This document shows positions 19,159-29,022 of a stretch of DNA of 64,000 nt, one piece after another. The DNA lies in assembly GCA_900318405.1 (NCBI GenBank), contig ONKP01000005.1, positions 12,162-76,161 on the forward strand, given 5' to 3'. The notes under the pieces were generated by a model that saw only the letters and a program-made list of their open reading frames with translations, was not told where the DNA came from and ran no database searches. The translations under genes and the position numbers were made by a program. Source of the DNA: an uncultured Eubacteriales bacterium. Lineage in GTDB: Bacteria; Bacillota; Clostridia; Lachnospirales; Lachnospiraceae. Position 1 is the stretch's first letter. Every line of letters starts with the position of its first letter.

Positions 19159-19233
19159 TGAAAGAGTTATGTCGCTGAAGCACAAATGGCGGGCGGCATG
19201 ATACAGTTCTGAAGGTAATTCCTGAGAAGGGAT

Positions 19234-21678
19234 GTGGAAAATATTATGAAGAAAATTTCTTTTAACGATGGATGGACATACCGGCACCTGGGAACGGATG
19301 AGGAATGGACGGAGGTCACACTGCCGCATGATGCGATGCTCAGTGAGCCCCGTTCTTCTGACAGCAGAGGCGGCAAAAATACCGGCTTCTTTGCCGGACG
19401 GGATTACGAATACAGAAAGACATTTACGGCACCGGAGATGACGCCGGGCGGTCATCTGTTTTTTGATTTTGAGGGCATCTATCATAATGCCTCCATCTAT
19501 CTGAACGGAACGCTGATCGCGGAGCGGCCTTACGGCTACACGCAGATCGTGACGGAAGCGGGAAAGGAGCTGAACCGCAGCGGCGAAAATGAGATCCGTG
19601 TCATCGCCCGCAATGCGGATCAGCCCAACAGCCGCTGGTATTCCGGCGCGGGCATTTACCGACCGGTTTCTCTGTATGTGGCGGAAAAAGGCCAATTTAT
19701 CCGCCCTTATGGCATCCGTGTGAAGACGCTGTCCCATAATCCGGCGAGAATATCGGTCGAAGTGGAGACGAGTGAACCAGGAGAGGTGAATATCGATATT
19801 TTTGATCCGGACGGGAACAGGGTCGCGGAAGCCACAGGGAAAACGCGTGCGCACGACGAGGTCACACAGGTGGAAGTCCGCCGCGTGCACATCGCGTCCG
19901 TGACGCTGGATATCCCTGCGGCGCAGCTGTGGTCTGAAAAGACGCCTGTTCTCTACCGGTGCCGGGCGGCTTTTGGAGGGGATATGGCGGAGACATCGTT
20001 TGGTATCCGCAGTATCAAATGGGGCAGCGTCAGCGGACTGACGGTAAACGGTGATCGCGTGATTCTCCGGGGTGCCTGCATCCATTCTGACAATCAGATG
20101 CTCGGCGCGGCATCGTATCCGGAGGCGGAGGAGAGAAAGGTCCGGCTGCTGAAGCATGCCGGCTATAACGCGATCCGCAGCGCGCACAATCCATGCAGCA
20201 GTTCTCTGCTCGATGCCTGCGACAGGCTTGGCATGTATGTGCTCGATGAATATGTAGACATGTGGTATACGCATAAAACGAAATACGACTACGCCTCTGA
20301 CATGGAGAACTGGTGGCGCATCGATCTCAGGGATATGGTGGAGAAGGACTGCAGTCATCCCTCTGTGATCATGTATTCCATCGGCAATGAGGTGTCAGAG
20401 ACGGCTGAAAAACGAGGCATTGACCTCACGGGAGAGATGACGGAATACCTGCACTCGCTCGACCGGTCGCGCCCGGTTACCTGCGGCATCAATATCTCCA
20501 TCAATATGATGACAGCCGCCGGCGCTGGTATCTATTCCAATGAAAAAGCATCGGCGGATCAGCAGACGGATATGGTGGAGCAGACGGGAGCCGGCCGCCG
20601 GCTGGCGGGTTCGCAGCTGTTCAATACGCTGACGGGGCTGATCGGTCAGCAGTCCATGAAGCTCAGCGCGGCGACGCATCTGGGCGACGTCTCCACGCGG
20701 GACGCCTATGAGAAGCTGGATATCGCCGGATACAACTACGGCATCCGCCGTTATGAGAAGGATCTGAAAAAATATCCGCATCGCCTGATCCTCGGTACGG
20801 AGACCTTCTGCTGTGACGCTTACGATTTTTATGAGCTGGCGGAGAAAGATCCGAGGATCATCGGCGATTTCGTCTGGGCCGGCATGGATTACCTCGGAGA
20901 GACAGGCATCGGCGCGTGGGAATATCCGGACTATGCGGATCCTTCTGATGAGAAGGGCTGGATCTCCGCCGGCAGCGGGCGCCTGGATCTCACCGGAAAA
21001 GAACTGGGAGAGGCACTGTATACGCGCGTGGCAATGCGTCAGGACAGGGGCCCCTTCATGTGCGTGCGTCCGGTCAATGAAGAGGGTGCACACACACCTT
21101 CTTCGTGGAAACTGACAAACGCGATGCCGAGCTGGTCATGGCGCGGAAGTGAGGGAAAGAATGCTGTCGTTGAAGTCTATACGCGCGCGGACCGGGTGGA
21201 GCTCTACCTGAACGGTAAACGGGTCGGCGTTGTGAACCATGTCAGAAAGTGCACAGCTGTTTTTCACGTGAAGTATGAGGACGGATTCCTGCAGGCCGTG
21301 ACGTACGATGAGGACGGCAATGAGATGGGTGCGGTTTCGCTGACGACATCCGGACCGGATACTGTGCTGCGGCTGGAACCCGAGGCGGAGACGGTGCAGG
21401 CAGGGAAGCTTACCTGGGTGCGCATCCGTTATACTGATGCGAAGGGCATCTGGGAGCCGGCGGATCATCATACCGTCCATGTCGTCTGCAGCAACGGTAC
21501 ACTGGTGGCGCTGGGCAGCGGCTGCCCGTACAATCCGGATGGCTTCCTGACAGACCTGACAAAGACATATTACGGGGAAGCCATGGCGATCGTCCGCGCA
21601 GACGGCAGCGGTCCGGTGAAGATCTCCGCAAAGGATACGGACGGGCGGACAGCAGTCTGTGAGATTCCGGTCAGATGA
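19234..21678 (+). CDS. Glycoside hydrolase family 2 (beta-galactosidase-like, TIM barrel plus C-terminal beta domains)
   Basis: VTLPHD, DFEGIY, PYGYT, SRWYSGAGIYR, GYNAIRSAHNP, YSIGNE (acid/base), GYNY, ILGTET (nucleophile), GDFVWAGMDYLGE. No signal peptide. Confidence 0.92.
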   Translation: MENIMKKISFNDGWTYRHLGTDEEWTEVTLPHDAMLSEPRSSDSRGGKNTGFFAGRDYEYRKTFTAPEMTPGGHLFFDFEGIYHNASIYLNGTLIAERPYGYTQIVTEAGKELNRSGENEIRVIARNADQPNSRWYSGAGIYRPVSLYVAEKGQFIRPYGIRVKTLSHNPARISVEVETSEPGEVNIDIFDPDGNRVAEATGKTRAHDEVTQVEVRRVHIASVTLDIPAAQLWSEKTPVLYRCRAAFGGDMAETSFGIRSIKWGSVSGLTVNGDRVILRGACIHSDNQMLGAASYPEAEERKVRLLKHAGYNAIRSAHNPCSSSLLDACDRLGMYVLDEYVDMWYTHKTKYDYASDMENWWRIDLRDMVEKDCSHPSVIMYSIGNEVSETAEKRGIDLTGEMTEYLHSLDRSRPVTCGINISINMMTAAGAGIYSNEKASADQQTDMVEQTGAGRRLAGSQLFNTLTGLIGQQSMKLSAATHLGDVSTRDAYEKLDIAGYNYGIRRYEKDLKKYPHRLILGTETFCCDAYDFYELAEKDPRIIGDFVWAGMDYLGETGIGAWEYPDYADPSDEKGWISAGSGRLDLTGKELGEALYTRVAMRQDRGPFMCVRPVNEEGAHTPSSWKLTNAMPSWSWRGSEGKNAVVEVYTRADRVELYLNGKRVGVVNHVRKCTAVFHVKYEDGFLQAVTYDEDGNEMGAVSLTTSGPDTVLRLEPEAETVQAGKLTWVRIRYTDAKGIWEPADHHTVHVVCSNGTLVALGSGCPYNPDGFLTDLTKTYYGEAMAIVRADGSGPVKISAKDTDGRTAVCEIPVR

Positions 21679-21774
21679 ACCTGCCGATGGTTTCAGTTCA
21701 AAAGTCTTGATATGTGACAGTGCCTGTCAATGTGTGAACAGGCACCTTTGGATAGGCGACGATCTCTTCGTGCC

Positions 21775-21803
21775 TTGCGGCGCAGATAGAAAACAGGTAT
21801 AAT
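21775..21803 (+). promoter_or_regulatory. Putative sigma-A promoter of lepA-hemW-uvrA
   Basis: TTGCGG, 17 bp, TATAAT. Confidence 0.6.
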
Positions 21804-21824
21804 TCTCCCCACGGAGGCGGAACT

Positions 21825-23639
21825 ATGGGATCTACAGATCAGAGCAGAATAAGAAATTTCTGTATTATAGCGCATATTGACCACGGCAAGTCGACGCTGG
21901 CGGACCGTATCATCGAGAAGACGGGACTGCTGACGAGCCGTGAGATGCAGGATCAGGTGCTCGACAATATGGACCTCGAACGAGAGAGGGGCATTACGAT
22001 CAAGGCACAGGCCTGCCGGACTGTCTATCAGGCGAAGGATGGACAGGAATATATACTGAATATGATCGATACGCCGGGACATGTTGACTTTAATTATGAA
22101 GTATCCCGTTCTCTGGCGGCATGCGACGGCGCCATTCTCGTCGTGGATTCGACACAGGGTGTCGAGGCACAGACCGTGGGAAACGTGTATCTCGCGATGG
22201 AGCATGACCTGGAGATCTTTCCCGTACTGAACAAGATCGATCTGCCGAGTGCACACCCGGAAGAGGTGAAGACCGAGATTGAGGATATCATCGGCATCGA
22301 CGCGGAGGATGCACCGGAGATCTCAGCCAAGACAGGGCAGAATGTGGATCAGGTGCTGGAGGCGATCGTGCATAAAATTCCCGCCCCGGACGGCGATCCT
22401 GAAAAGCCACTGAAGGCGCTTATTTTTGACTCCCTGTATGATTCATATAAGGGTGTCATCATTTCTGTGCGCGTGCGGGACGGTTCGGTGAAAGCCGGCG
22501 ACAGGATCCGCATGATGGCGACGGGCGCTGAGGAGGAAGTGGTCGAGGTCGGCTACTTCGGTGCGGGACAGATGATCCCCTGCGATGAGCTCTCGGCCGG
22601 CATGGTCGGCTATATCACCGCCGGCATCAAGACGATCAGTGATACGCGCGTCGGCGATACCGTGACAGACGCCGACAGACCCTGTGATGAGGCTCTGCCG
22701 GGCTATAAAAAAGTACAGCCGATGGTGTACTGCGGCCTGTACACGGAGGATCCGACGAAATATCCGGATCTCCGTGATGCGCTCGAAAAGCTTGCGCTCA
22801 ATGATGCCTCGCTGTTCTATGAACCCGAGACATCGGCCGCGCTCGGATTCGGCTTCCGCTGCGGTTTCCTGGGCCTTCTGCATCTGGAGATCGTCACGGA
22901 GAGGCTGGAGAGAGAATACGCCCTTGATCTGATCACGACGGCCCCCGGCGTTGTCTACAAGGTGCATAAAACGGATGGCGAGATCATCGAGCTGACAAAC
23001 CCGTCCAATCTCCCGGATCCCTCGGAGATCGAATACATGGAAGAACCGATCGTCAAGGCCGAGATCATGGTCACGAAGGATTACGTCGGTTCGATCATGC
23101 AGCTCTGCGAGGAGCGGCGCGGAGAGTATCAGAACATGGAGTATCTCGAGGCTTCCCGTGCGCTGATCACTTATCATATGCCGCTGAACGAAATCATCTA
23201 TGATTTCTATGATGCACTGAAATCGAGATCACGCGGCTACGCATCGCTGGATTACGAGCTGATCGGATATCAGCGGAGCGAACTGGTACGGCTGGATATC
23301 CTTGTGAACAAGGAGCCGGTCGATGCGCTGTCCTTCATTGTTTTTGCAGGATCAGCCTATGACCGCGGGAGAAAAATGTGCGAGAAGCTGAAGGATGAGA
23401 TCCCGCGTCAGCTCTTTGATATCCCGATTCAGGCGGCAGTGGGCTCGAAAGTCATTGCCCGCGAAACGGTCAAGGCACTGCGCAAGGATGTCCTCGCCAA
23501 GTGCTACGGCGGTGATATCACGCGTAAGAAAAAACTTCTGGAGAAGCAGAAGGAAGGCAAGAAGAGGATGCGCCAGTTCGGCGAGGTGGAGATCCCCAAG
23601 GAAGCGTTTCTCAACGTGCTGAAACTTGATGAGCAGTAA
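21825..23639 (+). CDS. lepA: Translation elongation factor 4 (LepA)
   Basis: [61 protein letters not shown]. Confidence 0.98.
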   Translation: MGSTDQSRIRNFCIIAHIDHGKSTLADRIIEKTGLLTSREMQDQVLDNMDLERERGITIKAQACRTVYQAKDGQEYILNMIDTPGHVDFNYEVSRSLAACDGAILVVDSTQGVEAQTVGNVYLAMEHDLEIFPVLNKIDLPSAHPEEVKTEIEDIIGIDAEDAPEISAKTGQNVDQVLEAIVHKIPAPDGDPEKPLKALIFDSLYDSYKGVIISVRVRDGSVKAGDRIRMMATGAEEEVVEVGYFGAGQMIPCDELSAGMVGYITAGIKTISDTRVGDTVTDADRPCDEALPGYKKVQPMVYCGLYTEDPTKYPDLRDALEKLALNDASLFYEPETSAALGFGFRCGFLGLLHLEIVTERLEREYALDLITTAPGVVYKVHKTDGEIIELTNPSNLPDPSEIEYMEEPIVKAEIMVTKDYVGSIMQLCEERRGEYQNMEYLEASRALITYHMPLNEIIYDFYDALKSRSRGYASLDYELIGYQRSELVRLDILVNKEPVDALSFIVFAGSAYDRGRKMCEKLKDEIPRQLFDIPIQAAVGSKVIARETVKALRKDVLAKCYGGDITRKKKLLEKQKEGKKRMRQFGEVEIPKEAFLNVLKLDEQ

Positions 23640-23641
23640 GT

Positions 23642-24958
23642 ATGGAAATATATGTTCATATTCCCTTCTGTCAGAGAAAGTGTGCATACTGCGATTTCCT
23701 GAGCTTTCCGGCAGATGCGGATACGCAGAAAAAATATATGAAAGCACTTCTGACGGAGATCAGGGATTTTCCGTGTGATCCGCCGATGGAAGTGAGCAGC
23801 ATTTATATAGGCGGAGGAACACCTTCTTTTATTTATGCAGAGGCGGTGGCGAAGATTCTGCAGACGATCCGGGAGCGTTTTGTGGTGGACGGGGATGCCG
23901 AAATTTCCATGGAGGCGAATCCGGGGACCGTCACGGCGGATAAGCTCGCCCTCTACAGAAAGGCCGGCGTGAACAGGATCAGCTTCGGCTGTCAGTCTGC
24001 AGATGCAGGCGAATTGAAGGAGTTGGGACGGATTCACACGTGGCCGGAGTTTCAGGAGAGTTTTCGTCTGGCGAGAGAGATGGGCTTCACGAATATCAAT
24101 GTCGATCTGATGTCCGGCATACCGGGGCAGACAGAGGAATCGTGGGAGAGAACCCTTCGCGCCGTGGCGGAGATGGGACCGGAGCATATATCCGCCTACA
24201 GTCTCATTCTTGAGGAAGGCACACCGCTTTACCGCCAATATATTGAACAGAAAAATATCCTCGACACCGGCGTGACGCAGAAAGAGATGATCAGTATTCT
24301 GCGCAGAAAACACGCGGCAGAGGATGGACAGGGAATGCGGCAGACTGACGCGGATCCGGAAATACGACAGACTGACGGAAAACAGGATATACGACAGGCG
24401 AATGGCAACATGGAGATACGGCCGGCTGACCGCGTGCAGGTATGTGATGCCGGTCATCTGTGGCTTCCGGATGAGGAAACCGAGCGCCTTATGTATGACC
24501 GCACGGCGGAGATCCTCGACGCATACGGCTATCATCAGTACGAGATATCCAACTACGCGCGTGAAGGATATGCCTGCCGGCACAATATCGGCTACTGGAC
24601 CGGTGTGCCGTATGTCGGTATGGGACTTGGTGCGAGCTCCTATATGAGCCGCACACGATATCGGAATACATCGGATCTGGACCGGTACTGCAGAGACTGC
24701 TCGCTGGGGAGAAAGTGGCAGGCGCTGACAGAGAAAGACATGATGGCGGAGTTCATGATCCTCGGCCTGCGTATGACGGACGGTGTCAGTGAGAATGAGT
24801 TTCTGCATCGCTTCGGCAAAACAGCTGATCGGGTTTACGGCGATGTAATCCGGCATTATACTGACCTCGGTCTTCTGGAAAGAGAGAACGGAAGGATCCG
24901 GCTGACGCGCAGGGGCATATCGCTGTCCAATACCGTCATGGCTGACTTCCTTCCATGA
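23642..24958 (+). CDS. hemW: Radical SAM heme chaperone HemW (HemN-like), with an internal repeat insertion
   Basis: YVHIPFCQRKCAYCDF (CxxxCxxC), YIGGGTPS, EANP, YEISNYA, HNIGYW. Follows lepA. Confidence 0.92.
   Translation: MEIYVHIPFCQRKCAYCDFLSFPADADTQKKYMKALLTEIRDFPCDPPMEVSSIYIGGGTPSFIYAEAVAKILQTIRERFVVDGDAEISMEANPGTVTADKLALYRKAGVNRISFGCQSADAGELKELGRIHTWPEFQESFRLAREMGFTNINVDLMSGIPGQTEESWERTLRAVAEMGPEHISAYSLILEEGTPLYRQYIEQKNILDTGVTQKEMISILRRKHAAEDGQGMRQTDADPEIRQTDGKQDIRQANGNMEIRPADRVQVCDAGHLWLPDEETERLMYDRTAEILDAYGYHQYEISNYAREGYACRHNIGYWTGVPYVGMGLGASSYMSRTRYRNTSDLDRYCRDCSLGRKWQALTEKDMMAEFMILGLRMTDGVSENEFLHRFGKTADRVYGDVIRHYTDLGLLERENGRIRLTRRGISLSNTVMADFLP
24335..24430 (+). repeat. Degenerate 27-bp tandem repeat (about 3.5 copies) inside hemW
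   Basis: Units start at 24335, 24362, 24389 and 24416 and encode MRQTDADPE/IRQTDGKQD/IRQANGNME/IRPAD. Confidence 0.75.
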
Positions 24959-24988
24959 AGAAATCATACGATACTTTGAAGGCAGAAT

Positions 24989-27817
24989 ATGGCAGATAAA
25001 TTCATCAAAATCCGCGGAGCAGCGGAGAACAATCTGAAAAATATCAATGTGGACATACCGAGAGACAAACTGGTCGTGCTGACCGGACTCTCCGGTTCCG
25101 GAAAGAGCTCCCTCGCATTTGACACCATTTATGCGGAGGGGCAGCGGCGGTACATGGAGAGTCTCTCGTCCTATGCCCGGCAGTTCCTGGGACAGATGGA
25201 AAAACCAAAGGTCGAATCGATCGAGGGTCTTCCGCCGGCTATCTCCATTGATCAGAAGTCGACGAACAGAAACCCGCGTTCGACGGTTGGCACCGTGACG
25301 GAGATTTATGATTATTTCCGTCTGCTGTATGCGAGAGTTGGCACACCGCACTGTCCGAACTGCGGCCGCGAGATCAGCAGACAGACCGTGGACCAGATGG
25401 TGGAGCAGATCATGGCACTTCCGGAAGGATCGAGAATCCAGCTGCTCGCTCCGGTCGTCCGCGGAAAGAAGGGCCGGCATGAAAAGGTGCTGGAGCGTGC
25501 GCGGAGAGCCGGCTATGTGCGTGTGATGGTGGACGGAAACCGCTACGATCTGTCAGAGGACATCACACTGGATAAAAATATCAAGCACAATATCGAGATC
25601 ATCGTCGATCGTCTGATCGTCAAACCGGGGATCGAACAGCGTCTCACGGATTCCGTGGAAAATGTACTGAAGCTGTCGGAGGGCCTGCTCATTGTCGATA
25701 CGATGGACGGTCAGACGAAGAGCTTTTCCGAGAGCTTTTCCTGTCCTTACTGCGGGATCAGTATCGAAGAGATCGAGCCCCGTTCATTTTCTTTCAATAA
25801 TCCGTTCGGTGCCTGCCCTGTCTGCAGTGGTATCGGATACAAGATGGAATTTTCCGAGGGACTGATGATCCCGAATCCCACGCTGTCCATCGATGACGGC
25901 GCCATCGCCGTGCCCGGCTGGCAGTCCGCCAATGTGAAGGGAAGCTTCACGAGATGCCTGCTGGAAGCTCTGGCGAAGGAGTATCATTTTTCCCTCGCAA
26001 CGCCTTTCCAGGATTATCCGAAGGAAATCCACGACATCCTCATCAACGGGACGGACGGCCACTCCGTGAAGGTAAAGTACACGGGACAGCGCGGTACCGG
26101 CGTCTATGACGTGGCGTTTGAGGGACTGATCAAAAATGTCGAGCGGCGTTACCGCGAAGCCGGAGAGTCAGCCAGACATGAATACGAAAATTTCATGAGC
26201 ATTGAGCCGTGTCCGGCCTGTCACGGGATGCGTCTGAAGCCTGCGGCACTTGCTGTGACGGTCGGCGGTAAAAATATCTATGAGATTACCAATCTGCCGA
26301 TCAGTGAGCTCTACGATTTTCTGGAAAAGCTGCAGCTCACCGACTATCAGCAGATGATCGGTGCGCAGATTATTAAGGAGATCCGTGCCCGCGTGAAATT
26401 CCTGGTGGATGTCGGTCTCGATTACCTGACACTCGCGAGATCGGCGGGATCGCTGTCCGGCGGAGAGTCGCAGCGGATCCGCCTGGCCACACAGATCGGT
26501 TCGGGGCTGGTCGGCGTTGCCTATATTCTCGATGAACCGAGTATCGGCCTTCATCAGCGGGATAACGGGAAACTTCTGAATACGCTGAAGCACCTCCGGG
26601 ATCTCGGCAACTCCGTGCTCGTCGTGGAGCACGATGAGGAGACCATGCGTGCGGCTGACCAGATCATTGATATCGGCCCCGGTGCCGGTGAACGCGGCGG
26701 CGAGCTGGTCGCCCAGGGAACGGTCGAGGATATCATACGTTCGCCGCGCTCGGTGACCGGCAAATACCTGTCCGGCGAGCTGAAGATCGCCGTTCCCGAT
26801 CATCGGAGAGAACCGAAGGGCTGGCTGAAGATCCGCGGAGCCAGGGAGCACAACCTGAAAAATATCGATGTCCCCATCCCGCTCGGCGTATTCACCTGCG
26901 TGACAGGTGTGTCGGGATCCGGCAAGAGTTCCCTGATCGATGAGATCCTCTACAAGCGGCTGCAGCGGCAGCTGAATCACGCCCTGGTCGTTCCCGGCAA
27001 ACACAGGGATATCGACGGCGTGGAGCAGCTGGACAAGGTCATCAATATTGACCAGTCGCCGATCGGGCGGACGCCGCGCTCCAACCCTGCGACGTATACC
27101 GGTGTGTTCGATATCATCCGCGATCTCTTTGCGGCTACTTCGGACGCGAAAGCCAGAGGGTACAAAAAGGGCAGATTCAGCTTTAATGTCAAGGGTGGAA
27201 GATGTGAGGCCTGTCAGGGAGATGGCATTGTCAAGATCGAGATGCATTTCCTGCCCGATGTTTACGTGCCCTGTGAGGTCTGCGGCGGCAAGCGGTACAA
27301 TCGTGAGACGCTGGAGGTCCATTACAAGGGCAAGAGCATCTATGATGTCCTGAATATGACGGTCGAGGAGGCGCTTGACTTTTTCAGCCATGTACCTTCC
27401 GTCAAAAACAGGATCCAGACACTCTACGATGTGGGACTCGGCTATATCCGGCTCGGGCAGGCTTCGACGGAACTCTCCGGAGGAGAGGCACAGCGGATCA
27501 AGCTTGCGGCCGAATTATCACGCCGCAGCACCGGACGCACCTGCTATATCCTGGACGAACCGACGACGGGACTCCACTTCGCCGATGTGCATAAGCTGAT
27601 CGACATGCTGCAGAGGCTCACGGACAGCGGAAATTCGGTCATCGTGATCGAGCATAATCTGGATGTCATCAAGACCGCGGACTATATCATTGATATGGGC
27701 CCGGAAGGCGGAGATAAGGGCGGCACGGTCATCGCATCCGGTACGCCTGAGGAGGTAGCGGCCACGGCGGGCTCCTATACGGGACAGTATCTGAAGCCGC
27801 TGCTTGGTGTGGATTAA
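24989..27817 (+). CDS. uvrA: Excinuclease ABC subunit A
   Basis: Two ABC modules ([13 protein letters not shown]; [11 protein letters not shown]), zinc-finger Cys motifs, [12 protein letters not shown] and [12 protein letters not shown]. Confidence 0.98.
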   Translation: MADKFIKIRGAAENNLKNINVDIPRDKLVVLTGLSGSGKSSLAFDTIYAEGQRRYMESLSSYARQFLGQMEKPKVESIEGLPPAISIDQKSTNRNPRSTVGTVTEIYDYFRLLYARVGTPHCPNCGREISRQTVDQMVEQIMALPEGSRIQLLAPVVRGKKGRHEKVLERARRAGYVRVMVDGNRYDLSEDITLDKNIKHNIEIIVDRLIVKPGIEQRLTDSVENVLKLSEGLLIVDTMDGQTKSFSESFSCPYCGISIEEIEPRSFSFNNPFGACPVCSGIGYKMEFSEGLMIPNPTLSIDDGAIAVPGWQSANVKGSFTRCLLEALAKEYHFSLATPFQDYPKEIHDILINGTDGHSVKVKYTGQRGTGVYDVAFEGLIKNVERRYREAGESARHEYENFMSIEPCPACHGMRLKPAALAVTVGGKNIYEITNLPISELYDFLEKLQLTDYQQMIGAQIIKEIRARVKFLVDVGLDYLTLARSAGSLSGGESQRIRLATQIGSGLVGVAYILDEPSIGLHQRDNGKLLNTLKHLRDLGNSVLVVEHDEETMRAADQIIDIGPGAGERGGELVAQGTVEDIIRSPRSVTGKYLSGELKIAVPDHRREPKGWLKIRGAREHNLKNIDVPIPLGVFTCVTGVSGSGKSSLIDEILYKRLQRQLNHALVVPGKHRDIDGVEQLDKVINIDQSPIGRTPRSNPATYTGVFDIIRDLFAATSDAKARGYKKGRFSFNVKGGRCEACQGDGIVKIEMHFLPDVYVPCEVCGGKRYNRETLEVHYKGKSIYDVLNMTVEEALDFFSHVPSVKNRIQTLYDVGLGYIRLGQASTELSGGEAQRIKLAAELSRRSTGRTCYILDEPTTGLHFADVHKLIDMLQRLTDSGNSVIVIEHNLDVIKTADYIIDMGPEGGDKGGTVIASGTPEEVAATAGSYTGQYLKPLLGVD

Positions 27818-27841
27818 AAAGTTACTGCGCTCGGACTTACT

Positions 27842-27891
27842 AACCACCGGCGTCTGCGGATGGTTGCGGGTGGAAGCATCTGTATATCTGA
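27842..27891. repeat. Second copy of the dispersed hairpin repeat
   Basis: ccaccggcgtctgcgga..ttgcgggtggaagcatctgtatatctga aligns with 11474-11520. Confidence 0.7.
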
Positions 27892-27959
27892 ATTTCTGCC
27901 TGAATCAACAAAATAATAGCAATAGTATTTATTATATAGTATAATGAGGAGCATCTTCT

Positions 27960-28961
27960 ATGCCAGCAGTTACAGATATAGGTATCGATCTGGGAACATC
28001 TACAGTCATCGTTTATGCAAGGGGGCGGGGAATCCTCTATCAGGAGCCCTGCATTGCGGCGTATGACAGTGATGCGAGCAGAATTGTCAGTTTCGGCACG
28101 GAAGCGGCAGGCATGATAGGAAGAGCGGCAGACAACATTGTCGGGATCCGGCCGCTGAAGGACGGCGTGATCGCGGATTTTGTTGTGGTGGAGAGGATGC
28201 TCAGGTATTTTATCCGAAAATCTCTGGGCATCCGGAATATCCTGAAGCCGCGGGTGTGTATCGCTGTGCCGGGCGGTGTAACGGATGTGGAGAGAAGACA
28301 GATCCAGGAGGCGGCTTACCGGGCCGGTGCCAGGGAGGCTGTGATCATCGATGAACCGATCGCGGCAGCGCTGGGTGCCGGGCTGGATATCGCGAGGCCG
28401 AGCGGAAACCTCGTCGTGTGCATCGGCGGAGATGTCACGGAGATCGCCGTGATATCCATGGGAGGCATCGTGATGCTTCAGACGCTGAAGATCGCCGGTG
28501 GTTCCTTTACGGAAGCTATCCGCGATCAGGTCCGTCGCCAGGATAACGCGATCATTACACACCGATGTGCAGAGGAGATCAAACTCGGAATCGCCTCCGT
28601 TTCCTCTGAGGAAGGGGCGGATGCCGTCAGCGTGAAGGGGCGGAATGAGACTTCTGCTGTCCCTGTGGCTATCACGGTGACGCGGGATGATGTGCGCAAG
28701 GCAGTGTTTCCGATGATCCATCAGATTGTGGACACGATACGTGCCGTGATAGAAAAGACGCCGCCGGATCTGGCCAATGACATTGCCGAGAGGGGTATTG
28801 TACTGACCGGCGGAGGCGCCATGCTGGCGGGCCTGGAAAACGCTGTGAAGCGCGCAACGGGAATTCCCGCCGTTCTGACGGATATTCCGCAGCAGGCAGC
28901 GGCGATCGGAACCGGAAAGTACATCCGGCTGGCCAGTGAAATGGAGAAACAGCATGTCTGA
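27960..28961 (+). CDS. mreB: MreB/Mbl family actin-like protein
   Basis: DIGIDLGTS, IRPLKDGVIADF, IDEPIAAALGAG, GIVLTGGGAML. The usual VDIGGG motif reads VCIGGD, so it may be a divergent paralog. Confidence 0.88.
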   Translation: MPAVTDIGIDLGTSTVIVYARGRGILYQEPCIAAYDSDASRIVSFGTEAAGMIGRAADNIVGIRPLKDGVIADFVVVERMLRYFIRKSLGIRNILKPRVCIAVPGGVTDVERRQIQEAAYRAGAREAVIIDEPIAAALGAGLDIARPSGNLVVCIGGDVTEIAVISMGGIVMLQTLKIAGGSFTEAIRDQVRRQDNAIITHRCAEEIKLGIASVSSEEGADAVSVKGRNETSAVPVAITVTRDDVRKAVFPMIHQIVDTIRAVIEKTPPDLANDIAERGIVLTGGGAMLAGLENAVKRATGIPAVLTDIPQQAAAIGTGKYIRLASEMEKQHV

Positions 28962-29022
28962 CAGGATGGAAGACTGTGCAGAGTATGTCAATGGAGAAAC
29001 AGCATGTCTGACAGGATGGAAG
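28940..29022 (+). repeat. 33-bp perfect direct repeat (50-bp period) duplicating the mreB/recD2 junction
   Basis: aatggagaaacagcatgtctgacaggatggaag at 28940-28972 and 28990-29022. Confidence 0.92.

Noticed and set aside
21720-21745. Hairpin gtgcctgt/acaggcac after the GH2 gene as a terminator
   Set aside because: It has only an 8-bp stem, a 10-nt loop and a weak U-tract, so it is not called.
24959-24988. LexA/SOS box before uvrA
   Set aside because: The 30-bp spacer has no GAAC-N4-GTTC; uvrA appears co-transcribed with lepA-hemW.
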